Shown one piece after another: positions 18,145-28,374 of a DNA stretch of 64,000 nucleotides. The translations under genes were made by a program, and so were the position numbers. Source of the stretch: an uncultured Clostridia bacterium (GTDB lineage: Bacteria; Bacillota; Clostridia; Saccharofermentanales; Saccharofermentanaceae); assembly GCA_946611435.1 (NCBI GenBank), contig CAMODL010000001.1, forward strand, positions 80,818-144,817, given 5' to 3'. Each line of letters opens with the position of its first letter. The first letter of the stretch is position 1. Under the pieces are notes generated by a model. It was not told the origin of the DNA. It did not search any database and saw nothing but the letters and a program-made list of their open reading frames with translations.

Positions 18145-18166
18145 TTGATCGCTAATGATCGCACAT

Positions 18167-18200
18167 AAGACCGCTTCAGCGATGAAGCGGTCTTTTTATT
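18167..18200 (+). terminator. Intrinsic terminator
   Basis: AAGACCGCTTC-AGCGAT-GAAGCGGTCTT followed by TTTATTTT. Confidence 0.8.
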
Positions 18201-18382
18201 TTCAATTACATAGATGTATATCTATGCAACACGGATGAGAGCCCGCAGACTCAATATCGACGGCTGTCTATCTAAAATTTAAATGACTAAAATCCTCTTG
18301 TACAAAGGCGTGCAATCGCTGTAAAATAGCTATGTACGACTGAACGTGCGTAATAGCATGTGACTTATGTGAGGTTAAATAT

Positions 18383-20143
18383 ATGGACGTATTCTCGTTT
18401 ATACAGCTCTTCGGCGGCCTGGCCTTTTTCCTGTATGGAATGAATATTCTATCATCTGCTCTTAAGAAGACTGCCGGAGGTAAACTCGAGAAACTCCTTA
18501 AGAAGGCAACCGATAATCGGTTCAAAGGATTGCTGATCGGTGCACTCATTACGATCGCCATTCAATCCTCGTCTGCCATGACGGTAATGCTCGTAGGTTT
18601 TGTAAACTCCGGCATAATGGAACTGGCTCAGACGGTGGGAGTTATCTTCGGATCTGACATAGGAACTACACTCACGGCATGGATCCTCTCACTGTCAGGT
18701 ATCAATTCATCCGGCAACGTATTCCTGAGACTTCTCGAACCGAAGTGTTTCTCTCTTATCTTCGCTCTGATCGGTATACTCATGGTAATGGTATCCAAGA
18801 AGCAGAAGCGCAAGGATATCGGAACGATGCTCCTCGGCTTTGCGATCCTCATGCAGGGTATGACCATGATGTCCGGATCCATGGCTCCTCTAAGGGAGAT
18901 GGACGAATTCACCAATATGATCACTGCGTTCAAGAACCCGCTCCTTGGTGTTCTTGCAGGTACGGTCGTTACGGGTATCATCCAGAGCTCAGCGGCGTCC
19001 ATCGGTATCCTCCAGAGCTTGGCTCTGACAGGAACGATCTCATATGAGATGGCTATCCCGATCATCATGGGTGCCAATATCGGTACATGCTGTACCGCTC
19101 TGCTGTCGTCCATCGGCGTTAACAGGGCAGCCAAGAGAGTTACGGTTATCCATATCGCCATCAAGGTTATCGGATGTATATTATGGCTCGTTATCTTCTA
19201 TTCGCTCCATGCGATATTCGACTTCGCTTTCATGGACAATACGATCGGCGTCGTAGGTATAGCCGCATTCCACTCGATCTTCAATATCGTCAATACTATC
19301 CTTCTCTTCCCGTTCCATAAGCAGCTCGTTAAGTTTGCCGGTATCGTTATTAAGGACAGTGACGAAGATAAGGAACTCTTCCTCGATGAGCGTCTCATGC
19401 TCACACCTACCATTGCCGTAGCCGAGTCTGCCAACTCCGTCAACAAGATGGTCAGGAAGACAAGAGAGGGTCTTGACCGTGCAGTCGGAATGCTCCGGAA
19501 CGGATACAATGACGACGACTTCGAATATGTCGTTCGTAATGAGGATAAGGTCGACGGATATGAGGACCATATCGGTGCATATCTGATGAAGCTCACAACG
19601 ACACAGCACCTGAACGAAGAGGATAAGAACCGTTCGTCCAAGATGCTGCAGGTCATCGGAGAATTTGAGCGTCTGGCTGACCATGCGCTTTATATGGCTA
19701 AGTCGGCAGAGGAACTTAATACCAAGGGGATATCTTTCTCGCCTTTTGCCCGGGAGGAGCTCAAGAGGATAATCGCAGCCGTCTACGATATCTATAACAT
19801 GGCACTTGATGCTTATGAGACAGGCGACATGGTCAAGGTTATGAATATCGGACCTCTGCGCATCGTAGTCAGCGAGATGTGTGATGCATATAAGGCTTCC
19901 CACGTTGAGCGTCTCGCTCAGGGTATATGTACTGCCGAGCAGGGATTTGTCTTCAATGATATCCTCTACAGCTGCGGCCGTATCGCCGATCACAGCATGA
20001 ACATCGCCGCCATCGTTTACCGTTTCTCATCGGTCAACCAGAAGAGCGGCGCATATATGCACGACTTCAAGCAGCGTAAGGATAACTTCAATGAGGAGTC
20101 ATATCGTGCATACTATGACAAGTATGTGGTGAATGAGATCTGA
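18383..20143 (+). CDS. Na/Pi-cotransporter family protein with C-terminal PhoU-like domains
   Basis: 586 aa. The N-terminus (FGGLAFFLYGMNILSSALKK...QSSSAMTVMLVGFV, with a repeated QSSAASIGIL) is typical of NptA-type transporters. The C-terminal half is soluble and helical. Confidence 0.85.
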   Translation: MDVFSFIQLFGGLAFFLYGMNILSSALKKTAGGKLEKLLKKATDNRFKGLLIGALITIAIQSSSAMTVMLVGFVNSGIMELAQTVGVIFGSDIGTTLTAWILSLSGINSSGNVFLRLLEPKCFSLIFALIGILMVMVSKKQKRKDIGTMLLGFAILMQGMTMMSGSMAPLREMDEFTNMITAFKNPLLGVLAGTVVTGIIQSSAASIGILQSLALTGTISYEMAIPIIMGANIGTCCTALLSSIGVNRAAKRVTVIHIAIKVIGCILWLVIFYSLHAIFDFAFMDNTIGVVGIAAFHSIFNIVNTILLFPFHKQLVKFAGIVIKDSDEDKELFLDERLMLTPTIAVAESANSVNKMVRKTREGLDRAVGMLRNGYNDDDFEYVVRNEDKVDGYEDHIGAYLMKLTTTQHLNEEDKNRSSKMLQVIGEFERLADHALYMAKSAEELNTKGISFSPFAREELKRIIAAVYDIYNMALDAYETGDMVKVMNIGPLRIVVSEMCDAYKASHVERLAQGICTAEQGFVFNDILYSCGRIADHSMNIAAIVYRFSSVNQKSGAYMHDFKQRKDNFNEESYRAYYDKYVVNEI

Positions 20144-20188
20144 CGGCAGAGGGACAAAAGATTTTCATTTAATGAACATTGACGGAAT

Positions 20189-20228
20189 AAGCGGCCGATA
20201 TCACATCGGTCGCTTCATTTTCGCCCCT
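20189..20228 (+). terminator. Putative terminator after the Na/Pi transporter gene
   Basis: AAGCGGCCGAT-ATCAC-ATCGGTCGCTT followed by a T-rich tract. Confidence 0.6.
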
Positions 20229-20236
20229 TTTTATTC

Positions 20237-20265
20237 TTTAAACCCCTTGTCGAAAATTGTATAAT
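20237..20265 (+). promoter_or_regulatory. Putative promoter of pgk-tpiA
   Basis: TTTAAA (20237-20242), a 17-nt spacer, then TATAAT (20260-20265) preceded by TG. Confidence 0.4.
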
Positions 20266-20329
20266 ACAACCCGTGAGTGCGCAGTTAAGCGTTTAACAGT
20301 AAATCTATATCCAGGAGTGTGAACATCTT

Positions 20330-22285
20330 ATGGCACAGTATTTGAAGAAGAATGTTGAAGATTTGGATGTTGCCGGCAAGAGAGTCATCGTACGTGTTGA
20401 TTTTAATGTACCTTTGGACAAGGAAACAGGCACAAAGATCACAGACGACAAGCGTATCAAGGGCGCTCTTCCCACAATTAAGTATCTCGTAGACAATAAT
20501 GCAAAGGTTATCCTTGTTTCTCACCTCGGCCGTCCGAAGAACGGACCTGAGGCTAAGTTCTCAATGAAGCCCGCAGCAGACAGACTCGCTGAGCTCATCG
20601 GCAAGCCCGTTACACTTGCAGCAGACGTTATCGGCGAGGATGCAAAGGCAAAGGCAGCTGCCCTTAAGGACGGCGAGATCCTCATGCTCGAGAATGTCCG
20701 TTTCCACAAGGAAGAGACAAAGAATGATCCCAAGTTTGCAGCAGAGCTCGCTTCCATGGCTGACCTCTATGTAAATGATGCTTTCGGTACGGCTCACAGA
20801 GCTCATGCCTCAACAGCAGGACTTGCTAACTACCTGCCTTCCGCATCCGGTTATCTGATCCAGAAGGAGATCGACTTCATCGGCGGTGCTCTTTCCAATC
20901 CTCAGAGACCTTTCGTTGCTATCTTGGGCGGTGCTAAGGTATCCGATAAGATCGGCGTTATCACAAACCTCATGGATAAGGCTGATACGATCATCATCGG
21001 CGGCGGTATGGCTTACACATTCATCGCTGCTCAGGGTGGTTCCATCGGTAATTCCCTTTTCGAGGCTGATAAGGTAGATCTCGCTAAGGAGCTCCTCGCT
21101 AAGGCTGAGGAGAAGGGCGTTAAGCTCCTCCTGCCCGAGGATACGGTTGTAGCTGATGATTTCTCCAACGACGCTAATTCCCAGGTCGTTCCTACAATGG
21201 AGATCCCCGACGGTTGGGAGGGTCTCGATATCGGTCCCAAGACTATCGAGAAGTTCTCTGCTGCCATCAAGGAAGCTAAGACAGTAATCTGGAACGGTCC
21301 TGCAGGCGTATTCGAGTTCGAGAAGTTCGCTGTAGGTACAAAGGCTCTTGCAGCTGCTATCGCTGAGTCTGACGCTATCTCCATCATCGGCGGCGGTGAT
21401 TCCGCAGCTGCTATCGAGAAGCTCGGCTTCGCTGATAAGGTATCTCACATCTCCACAGGCGGCGGCGCTTCTCTCGAGTTCATCGAGGGTAAGGTACTTC
21501 CCGGTATCGATTGCCTCCTCGACAAGGAGAACGGCAGAACATTTGCAGCAGGTAACTGGAAGATGAACTGCGGTGTACCTGCAGACGCAGCTAAGCTCAT
21601 CAATGAGCTCAAGCCTCTCGTTAAGGATGCTACGGCTAAGATCGCTCTCGGCGTTCCTGCTACAGCTCTTGCAGCAGCTGTTGAGGCAGCAGCTTATTCC
21701 AACATCAAGATCGCAGCCGAGAACTGCCACTTCGAGGAGAAGGGTGCTTTCACAGGTGAGATCTCTCCTCTCTGGCTCGCTAAGATGGGCGTTAACTACT
21801 GCATCATCGGTCATTCCGAGAGACGTGAGTATTTCGCTGAGACAGATGAGACAGTAAACAAGAAGGCTCATGCTCTTCTTAAGTATGGTGTTAAGCCTAT
21901 CATCTGCTGCGGTGAGTCTCTCGCTCAGCGTGAGGCAGGCGAGACATTTGACTGGATCAAGAGTCAGATCGTCGGCGCTTTCAAGGATATCCCTGCTGAG
22001 AAGCTCTGTCAGATCACTATCGCTTATGAGCCTATCTGGGCTATCGGTACAGGTAAGACAGCTACAGATGAGCAGGCTCAGGAAGTTTGCGCATTCATCC
22101 GCGGCGTTATCGCTGAGCTCTATTGCCAGAAGTGTGCTGACGCTATGACGATCCTGTATGGCGGTTCCTGCAACGCTAAGAATGCAGCAGGTCTCTTCGC
22201 TCAGAAGGACATCAACGGCGGTCTCGTAGGTGGTGCTTCCCTCAAGGCTGAGGACTTCTCCATCATCTGCAACGCAGGCAAGTAA
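20330..22285 (+). CDS. pgk-tpiA: Bifunctional phosphoglycerate kinase / triosephosphate isomerase (in-frame fusion)
   Basis: One 651-aa ORF. The first roughly 400 aa are PGK ([23 protein letters not shown]). The ORF then runs straight into TIM (AAGNWKMN...IIGHSERR...[12 protein letters not shown]...GGASL) without a stop. Confidence 0.9.
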   Translation: MAQYLKKNVEDLDVAGKRVIVRVDFNVPLDKETGTKITDDKRIKGALPTIKYLVDNNAKVILVSHLGRPKNGPEAKFSMKPAADRLAELIGKPVTLAADVIGEDAKAKAAALKDGEILMLENVRFHKEETKNDPKFAAELASMADLYVNDAFGTAHRAHASTAGLANYLPSASGYLIQKEIDFIGGALSNPQRPFVAILGGAKVSDKIGVITNLMDKADTIIIGGGMAYTFIAAQGGSIGNSLFEADKVDLAKELLAKAEEKGVKLLLPEDTVVADDFSNDANSQVVPTMEIPDGWEGLDIGPKTIEKFSAAIKEAKTVIWNGPAGVFEFEKFAVGTKALAAAIAESDAISIIGGGDSAAAIEKLGFADKVSHISTGGGASLEFIEGKVLPGIDCLLDKENGRTFAAGNWKMNCGVPADAAKLINELKPLVKDATAKIALGVPATALAAAVEAAAYSNIKIAAENCHFEEKGAFTGEISPLWLAKMGVNYCIIGHSERREYFAETDETVNKKAHALLKYGVKPIICCGESLAQREAGETFDWIKSQIVGAFKDIPAEKLCQITIAYEPIWAIGTGKTATDEQAQEVCAFIRGVIAELYCQKCADAMTILYGGSCNAKNAAGLFAQKDINGGLVGGASLKAEDFSIICNAGK

Positions 22286-22316
22286 TAAACACCTGATCAT
22301 AAATGATCGACATATG

Positions 22317-22350
22317 GCCGTCCCGGTATTCACATTCCGGGGCGGTTTTT
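22317..22350 (+). terminator. Intrinsic terminator after pgk-tpiA
   Basis: GGCCGTCCCGG...CCGGGGCGG stem followed by TTTTT. Confidence 0.75.
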
Positions 22351-22536
22351 GTCTGCTCGAAAACATATAAATGTGTCATCGTGACCGGGATAATACACAT
22401 CTAACCGCACATCTGCCTCAGTAGATAATTGATGTTTGCTTCGGTAAATTATAAAATCATTATGGGTTTATGGGGCAGCTCCGGTCATGGGGCCTTCCCG
22501 GAACGACTTTAAGTGTAATGCACGAGAGGTAAGGAT

Positions 22537-23256
22537 ATGTTGTGGTATTACGGTATAGCAATTGGAATCATGATATGGAGCCTGGTCGTCCAGTCTTCTC
22601 TTAAGAGGAAGGCTCAGAAGGGAAGCGAGGTTATGGCAGCTTCCGGCAAGACGGCAAACCAGGTCGTAGAAGAGATGCTGCGGTCTCACGGAGTATACGG
22701 AATAGTTATTGATCACAAGCCCGGAAGTCTCACGGACTGTTACTCTCCCAAGGAGGGAAAGATCTATCTGTCGGATACCACATACGGGCGTAACACTGTT
22801 ACAGCCATAGCAATTGCGGCACATGAGTGCGGCCATGCCATCCAGGATGCCGAGGGTATGATCATCTACAGGATCAGACAGATGCTCGCTCCAATGGCAG
22901 GTTTTGCATCGAACTTCGGTGTATGGATAACCATCATCGGTGTCATGATCATGTATGCTTCTACTGACAGCAACGGAAATGTCAACGGAAGTATGGGCTA
23001 TACCATCAGTACTATCGGTCTGGTCGTCTACAGCATAGCTTTCCTGTTCTATCTGTTCATGCTCCCGGTCGAGCGTAATGCCAGCCGACGCGCCTTCAAG
23101 GATATGAAGGAATACAGATGGGTATCGGAGGATCAGTATTCACAGGCTCATTCTCTTCTGAGATCTGCCGGCGATACTTATGCGATCGCACTTGCTTCCT
23201 CAGCTCTGACACTGCTGAGACTTCTGGCTATGAGAGGCGGCAGCAGAAGAAGATAA
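22537..23256 (+). CDS. YugP-like membrane zinc metallopeptidase (Zn_peptidase_2 type)
   Basis: 239 aa. It has the HECGHAIQ motif, an N-terminal TM and C-terminal TM segments. Confidence 0.8.
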   Translation: MLWYYGIAIGIMIWSLVVQSSLKRKAQKGSEVMAASGKTANQVVEEMLRSHGVYGIVIDHKPGSLTDCYSPKEGKIYLSDTTYGRNTVTAIAIAAHECGHAIQDAEGMIIYRIRQMLAPMAGFASNFGVWITIIGVMIMYASTDSNGNVNGSMGYTISTIGLVVYSIAFLFYLFMLPVERNASRRAFKDMKEYRWVSEDQYSQAHSLLRSAGDTYAIALASSALTLLRLLAMRGGSRRR

Positions 23257-23278
23257 TCATCATACTCGGAGGGGCGAT

Positions 23279-25987
23279 ATGAAGAGCTACAGCTTTATTG
23301 ACGGAAACGGAACGTTCGAACTCAAAGATGCAGACAGGATGAGCTACCTTTATTTTCCGGTAGCTTCCGTAAACGGAATGATGGGAGCTGTAACTCCCGA
23401 GCTCGGAGGAGATCTTAAGACAAGCCAGAACACGTTTATCCTTGAGCCGGTAAGCAGTGATAATCTCCATAACAACAGATCCACAAGGAACTTCTGGATA
23501 TCTGCTCTTCGAGACGGTGACAGTAAGGCTGTCCTCGTGTCTGCGACGGGAGCCTCCGCGGCTCAGCACGCTTCTAAGGCATCAGGCGATAAGGATGCCG
23601 ATCAGGTTACGGTATACGGCGGGCTTCTGTATCAGAGAGTAGTAAGGCAGATGCCTAAGGTCGGCCTTAAGTGTGAAGTAACTACATTTGTCCCTTCCGG
23701 AACGGATGTTAAAGCAGAGATAACGAGAGTTGATATAACGAACACCGGATCAGACGATATTCACATCACTCCTACGGCCGCAGTTCCGATCTACGGACGC
23801 TCGGCCGATAATATCAGAGACCACAGAAATGTTACCTCGATGCTCAACAGAGTTCTGGTGACGGAGTATGGGATCGTAAACGATCCTACGCTTACTTTCG
23901 ATGAGAGAGGTCACAGGCGCAATAAGATCTCCTATGGACTCTTTGCCGCAGACGTAACTGACGGTACGAATGCCCCCGCAGGCTTTTGCCCCGTAGTTGA
24001 GGATTATATAGGAGAGGGCGGAACATTTGATGCACCGTCATATCCTGCTGTGCATGAGCCTGAGATGAAGCCGGGTGACAGAGTTGACGGATTTGAAGTG
24101 ATCGGTGCAGCGAGATTTGATGCCAGGACGATCAAGGCAAGTGAGAAGGCATCTTACATCTTTATCCTGACTCTTAATGAGAACGGTGAAGCCGCCGATG
24201 ACGAGGCGACGATATTATCACACGCTTCTTCTTTGCAAAAGGATATCCTCCCCTTCCTCAACAGCGCTACAGAGAGATCCGCATTTGAGGCGCAGAAGGA
24301 ATATTGGATAAGGCGCGATAACGTCAGATTCAGGAGCGGTGATAAGTCATTTGATAATTGGATGTATTGGGTCGGTATCCAGCCGATGCTACGAAGGATA
24401 TACGGATGCTCTTTCCTTCCGCATCATGATTACGGCAAGGGCGGAAGAGGCTGGCGTGACCTGTGGCAGGATTGCCTTGCACTGATAATAATGGATCCTT
24501 CGGATGTCAGGGATATGCTCGCCGAGAACTTCGGCGGAGTCAGGACAGACGGAACGAATGCGACGATAATCGGCAGCGGAAGAGGCGAGTTCATTGCAGA
24601 CCGTAACGGGATAACGAGAGTGTGGATGGATCACGCCATGTGGCCGTTCATGACTATGGAACTCTATATCAACCAGAGCGGTGACTTCGGAATCCTCGAC
24701 GAGACAGCGCCTTACTTCATCGACCGTCAGGTCATGAGAGGAGAGAAGCTCTTGTCCAAGGATGATCATACTGATGACGATATAGCTTCAATGAAGTCCG
24801 AAGGAACAGTACTCGAGCATCTCCTGCTCCAGAATATGGCTGCTTTCTTCGACATCGGCGAACACGGGCACATGAGGATTCGAGGAGCTGACTGGAATGA
24901 TGCTCTCGATATGGCTGCCAAGCGCGGCGAGAGTGTGGCATTTACTGCTGCCTACGCGGGCAATATGAGAAGGCTGGCATCTCTTCTTGATAAGTATTCT
25001 GAGGTGACACACAAAGACAGCATCGAGATGGCTTCAGAGATCGAGCTTCTCTTCGGTACAGGAGATTCGGATGATGACAGAAGAGATATCCTTTCCTCAT
25101 ACTGCTCACTTGTAAAAGAAGGATTTAAGGCTCCCGTAAAGAGCATTAAGATATCCGATATCAGGGAGGATCTCCTTGCCAAGGCAGAGCATATCGCTGC
25201 TCATATAACAGAGAGCGAATGGTTTACGGACGCATCCGGTTATTCGAGATTCAACGGTTATTATGACGATTCCGGGCGTCCGCTCGAGAGTATCGCAGAC
25301 GGCAGGATGATGCTGACTTCACAGGTGTTTACGATCATGAGCGGGATCGCTTCTGAAGAGCAGATCAGCGGGATCGTAAGATCGGCAGATAAGTATATCT
25401 ATGACGAAGCGATAGGCGGCTACAGACTCAATACGAACTTCCGTGAGGTCAAGACCGATATGGGCCGTATGTTCGGATTCGCATACGGGCAGAAAGAGAA
25501 CGGCGCAGTCTTCTCTCATATGACGACGATGTACGGTAATGCACTCTATACGAGAGGATTCAAGAAAGAAGGCTTCAAGGTCATCGATACGCTCTACAGA
25601 CATGCTGCAGACTTCGAGTCGGCAGGGATCTATCCCGGGGTTCCCGAGTACTTTGATCCGAAGGGAAGAGGTGTATATCACTATCTGACCGGCGCGGCCT
25701 CATGGCTCATGCTGACGGTGCTGACGGAGATGTTCGGCGTTAAGGGACAGTGGGGCGATATCGTTTTCGAGCCGAAGCTGTTGCCCGAACAGTTTGATGG
25801 TGAAGGCAAGGCGGGCGTGTCGATGGAGTTTAACGGTTGTCCGATCGACATCACTTATGTTAAGACATCATCCGGCGACAGCGTAACGGCAGTAGAGGTC
25901 GACGGTGTTGTTATGGACGGCAATCGCGTTCCGGCAGATAAGCTGTCCACGGATAAGACAACGTATATCAGGGTCACTCTGGATTGA
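23279..25987 (+). CDS. GH94-like glycoside phosphorylase superfamily protein (cellobiose/cellodextrin-phosphorylase-like)
   Basis: 902 aa. Motifs GRGWRDLWQDC, GADWNDALD and GQKENGAVFSHM resemble the catalytic (alpha/alpha)6 domain of GH94-type phosphorylases. The substrate is not inferable. Confidence 0.65.
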   Translation: MKSYSFIDGNGTFELKDADRMSYLYFPVASVNGMMGAVTPELGGDLKTSQNTFILEPVSSDNLHNNRSTRNFWISALRDGDSKAVLVSATGASAAQHASKASGDKDADQVTVYGGLLYQRVVRQMPKVGLKCEVTTFVPSGTDVKAEITRVDITNTGSDDIHITPTAAVPIYGRSADNIRDHRNVTSMLNRVLVTEYGIVNDPTLTFDERGHRRNKISYGLFAADVTDGTNAPAGFCPVVEDYIGEGGTFDAPSYPAVHEPEMKPGDRVDGFEVIGAARFDARTIKASEKASYIFILTLNENGEAADDEATILSHASSLQKDILPFLNSATERSAFEAQKEYWIRRDNVRFRSGDKSFDNWMYWVGIQPMLRRIYGCSFLPHHDYGKGGRGWRDLWQDCLALIIMDPSDVRDMLAENFGGVRTDGTNATIIGSGRGEFIADRNGITRVWMDHAMWPFMTMELYINQSGDFGILDETAPYFIDRQVMRGEKLLSKDDHTDDDIASMKSEGTVLEHLLLQNMAAFFDIGEHGHMRIRGADWNDALDMAAKRGESVAFTAAYAGNMRRLASLLDKYSEVTHKDSIEMASEIELLFGTGDSDDDRRDILSSYCSLVKEGFKAPVKSIKISDIREDLLAKAEHIAAHITESEWFTDASGYSRFNGYYDDSGRPLESIADGRMMLTSQVFTIMSGIASEEQISGIVRSADKYIYDEAIGGYRLNTNFREVKTDMGRMFGFAYGQKENGAVFSHMTTMYGNALYTRGFKKEGFKVIDTLYRHAADFESAGIYPGVPEYFDPKGRGVYHYLTGAASWLMLTVLTEMFGVKGQWGDIVFEPKLLPEQFDGEGKAGVSMEFNGCPIDITYVKTSSGDSVTAVEVDGVVMDGNRVPADKLSTDKTTYIRVTLD

Positions 25988-25999
25988 CGGAGATTCCGG

Positions 26000-26980
26000 A
26001 TGAATGCTGAGAGGATAGTGTTTGATGCGGCAGCAGGAGGGGGTAACAGGATCGTTGCCTTTATATGCCCTGCGACAACCGGCGATATAAAAGGAGTGTT
26101 TCAGATCTGTCACGGGATGACGGATCACTTCGGTCGCTACGAAGAGATGACGGACTATCTTAACAGCAAAGGCTGGCATGTGTGCGGACTTGATATGTTG
26201 GGTCACGGCGAGACGTGGAAGACCAATATCGGCAACAACATGCCTAAGGGCTTCTTCGGTGCATGTAAGGATTCTGCCGAATGTATCCTGAGGGATGAGA
26301 TGGAGCTTCACCGGATAGTAAAGGAAAGATTCGGAGACGGACTCGATTACATCCTCTACGGACACAGCATGGGATCATTCATCGTCCGGAATATGTATAT
26401 CGACAGGAAGTATTCTGATGAGTTTGACCGCTTTATCTTTGCATCGACTATGGGGCCCAATCCCGGCGTCGGAGCAGGGCTTGCATTGTCACGGATAACT
26501 AATCTGTTCGGGCAGCGCCGTAAGCCGGGTAAGCTCATCAACAGCATAGCTTTTAAGCCTTACAACAAAAGGATAGATCACCCCAAGACAAGCTTTGACT
26601 GGCTGTCGACCGATGACGAAGAGATCCGTAAATACATAGAAGACGAGATGGCAGGATTCCTCTTCACCTCCAAAGGGTTTACAGATCTCTTTACGCTCAT
26701 ATCGCGTATGCAGAGCAGTAAGGCATATAGAGATCTGCCTGATAAGCCGGCCTTCATGCCGTATGGAGAAGAGGATCCCGTGGGAGGATACGGCAAGGGA
26801 GTCCGGAAGGTCGAGGAAAGACTTCGGGCGGCAGGTGCTGATATCACTGTCAAGGATTACGGTCACTACAGACACGAACTGCAGCATGAACCGGTACGGT
26901 ATGAGTATTTCGATGATATAGACAGATTTGCCTCCGGGCAGGAAATAACAGTAACACAAGGAGAAAAAAATGGTATTTGA
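26000..26980 (+). CDS. Alpha/beta hydrolase (lysophospholipase/monoacylglycerol-lipase-like)
   Basis: Nucleophile elbow GHSMGS and oxyanion region CHGMTDH. 326 aa. Confidence 0.8.
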   Translation: MNAERIVFDAAAGGGNRIVAFICPATTGDIKGVFQICHGMTDHFGRYEEMTDYLNSKGWHVCGLDMLGHGETWKTNIGNNMPKGFFGACKDSAECILRDEMELHRIVKERFGDGLDYILYGHSMGSFIVRNMYIDRKYSDEFDRFIFASTMGPNPGVGAGLALSRITNLFGQRRKPGKLINSIAFKPYNKRIDHPKTSFDWLSTDDEEIRKYIEDEMAGFLFTSKGFTDLFTLISRMQSSKAYRDLPDKPAFMPYGEEDPVGGYGKGVRKVEERLRAAGADITVKDYGHYRHELQHEPVRYEYFDDIDRFASGQEITVTQGEKNGI

Positions 26981-27389
26981 ATACGAACACGTTGTCCAGT
27001 ACTACGAGACAGATCAGATGGGGGTAGTGCATCATTCCAACTATATTCGCTGGTTCGAGGAAGCCAGGAGCTATGTTTTCGATAAGATCGGGCTCGGATG
27101 CAGAGAGATGGAAGAGATCGGGATCATAAGTCCGGTAGTCGGAGTCTCCGCCAAATACAAGACCATGGCAAAGTACTACGACACTGTTATCGTTGAGATG
27201 GCAATAACGGATTTTACGGGTGTACGCTTCAAGATAAGATATACCGTAAAAGACAAGAAGACAGGAGATATAAGGTGCACGGGTAACAGTGAACACTGCT
27301 TCATTAATCCCGAAGGAAGGATCCTGTCATTGAAGCGCGATCATCAGGATCTGTACGAACAGTTGCTTCCATACATTACAAAGGAGTGA
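26970..27389 (+). CDS. Acyl-CoA thioesterase, 4HBT/YbgC hot-dog family
   Basis: The N-terminus (VQYYETDQMGVVHHSNYIRWFEEAR) is typical of this family. 139 aa. It overlaps the hydrolase gene. Confidence 0.8.
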   Translation: MVFEYEHVVQYYETDQMGVVHHSNYIRWFEEARSYVFDKIGLGCREMEEIGIISPVVGVSAKYKTMAKYYDTVIVEMAITDFTGVRFKIRYTVKDKKTGDIRCTGNSEHCFINPEGRILSLKRDHQDLYEQLLPYITKE

Positions 27390-27394
27390 ACGAT

Positions 27395-28312
27395 ATGGCA
27401 GATATCGCGATCATCGGAGCAGGAACGGCAGGATTAACGGCAGCGATCTATGCATGTCGCGCCGGAATGGATACAGTGATCTTCGAGGGCGAGGCTTACG
27501 GCGGGCAGATAATAAACACGCCCGAGATCGTCAACTATCCCGGTATCGCGAATATCTCCGGATTCGACTTTGCGACGGGGCTATATGAACAGGCAACCGC
27601 ATTGGGTGCCCGTCTCGAATTCGATCGTGTAAACTCGATCACGGGATCTGCGGATAACGGGTTCACACTCACGGGTGAATACGGTACAACAGTCGAAGCA
27701 AAGGCCCTTATAATCGCGACCGGTGCTTCACACCGTAAGCTTGGCATCGCGTCGGAAGACAGCCTGGTCGGCAAGGGGATATCTTACTGTGCCACATGTG
27801 ACGGTTCGTTCTTCAAGGACAAGGATGTAGCTGTCGTCGGCGGAGGCAACACTGCTCTCGAAGATGCCGAGTACCTGGCCGGGATATGTAATAAGGTCTA
27901 TCTCATTCACCGGAGAGACGAATTCCGCGGTGACAAGGCTAACGTGGATCGCCTTCTTGCTTCTCCCGCTGTCGAGCCTTTGATGTCTTATACCGTTAAG
28001 GAGCTCAAGAGTGAAGAAGGAAAGCTCAGGGGGCTGACACTCGCGAGTACAAAGGGTGAGGGTGATCTTGATATAGATGTAAGCGCGCTGTTTATCGCCG
28101 TAGGTCAGATCCCTTCATCGGATCTTGTTCGAGAGCTTGTTGATATCGATCCTTCCGGGTATATCGTTGCAGGTGAGGACTGCACAACTTCGGGGCGTGG
28201 GATCTTCGTAGCGGGAGATGTCAGAACGAAGGACTTAAGGCAACTTACGACAGCTGCTTCTGACGGCGCCGTTGCAGCTACCAAGGCATGTGAGTTTATA
28301 AGATCTATGTAG
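27395..28312 (+). CDS. trxB: Thioredoxin-disulfide reductase
   Basis: FAD motif IIGAGTAGLTAA, redox-active CATCDG, NADPH motif VVGGGNTALEDA. I prefer the ATG at 27395, 8 nt after AAGGAG, over the GTG at 27386 in the ORF track. Confidence 0.9.
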   Translation: MADIAIIGAGTAGLTAAIYACRAGMDTVIFEGEAYGGQIINTPEIVNYPGIANISGFDFATGLYEQATALGARLEFDRVNSITGSADNGFTLTGEYGTTVEAKALIIATGASHRKLGIASEDSLVGKGISYCATCDGSFFKDKDVAVVGGGNTALEDAEYLAGICNKVYLIHRRDEFRGDKANVDRLLASPAVEPLMSYTVKELKSEEGKLRGLTLASTKGEGDLDIDVSALFIAVGQIPSSDLVRELVDIDPSGYIVAGEDCTTSGRGIFVAGDVRTKDLRQLTTAASDGAVAATKACEFIRSM

Positions 28313-28374
28313 TCATACATCCCACGTTTTGATATCATTGAGTCATAACACTTCAAAACGAGGGGGTAATAGTT

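Noticed and set aside
11425-19993. Other antisense ORFs of 150-270 aa (11425..12123, 16112..16786, 18628..19164, 19181..19993)
   Set aside because: They lie inside and opposite the HD-GYP sensor, clpC and Na/Pi transporter genes. They have low-complexity products and no independent support.
20810-22366. 518-aa ORF on the minus strand, the longest unexplained ORF in the window
   Set aside because: It lies entirely antisense to the well-supported pgk-tpiA fusion gene. Its product is low-complexity (Ser/Leu/Cys/Asp-rich) with no recognisable motif or SD. It is a typical shadow ORF of a strongly codon-biased gene.
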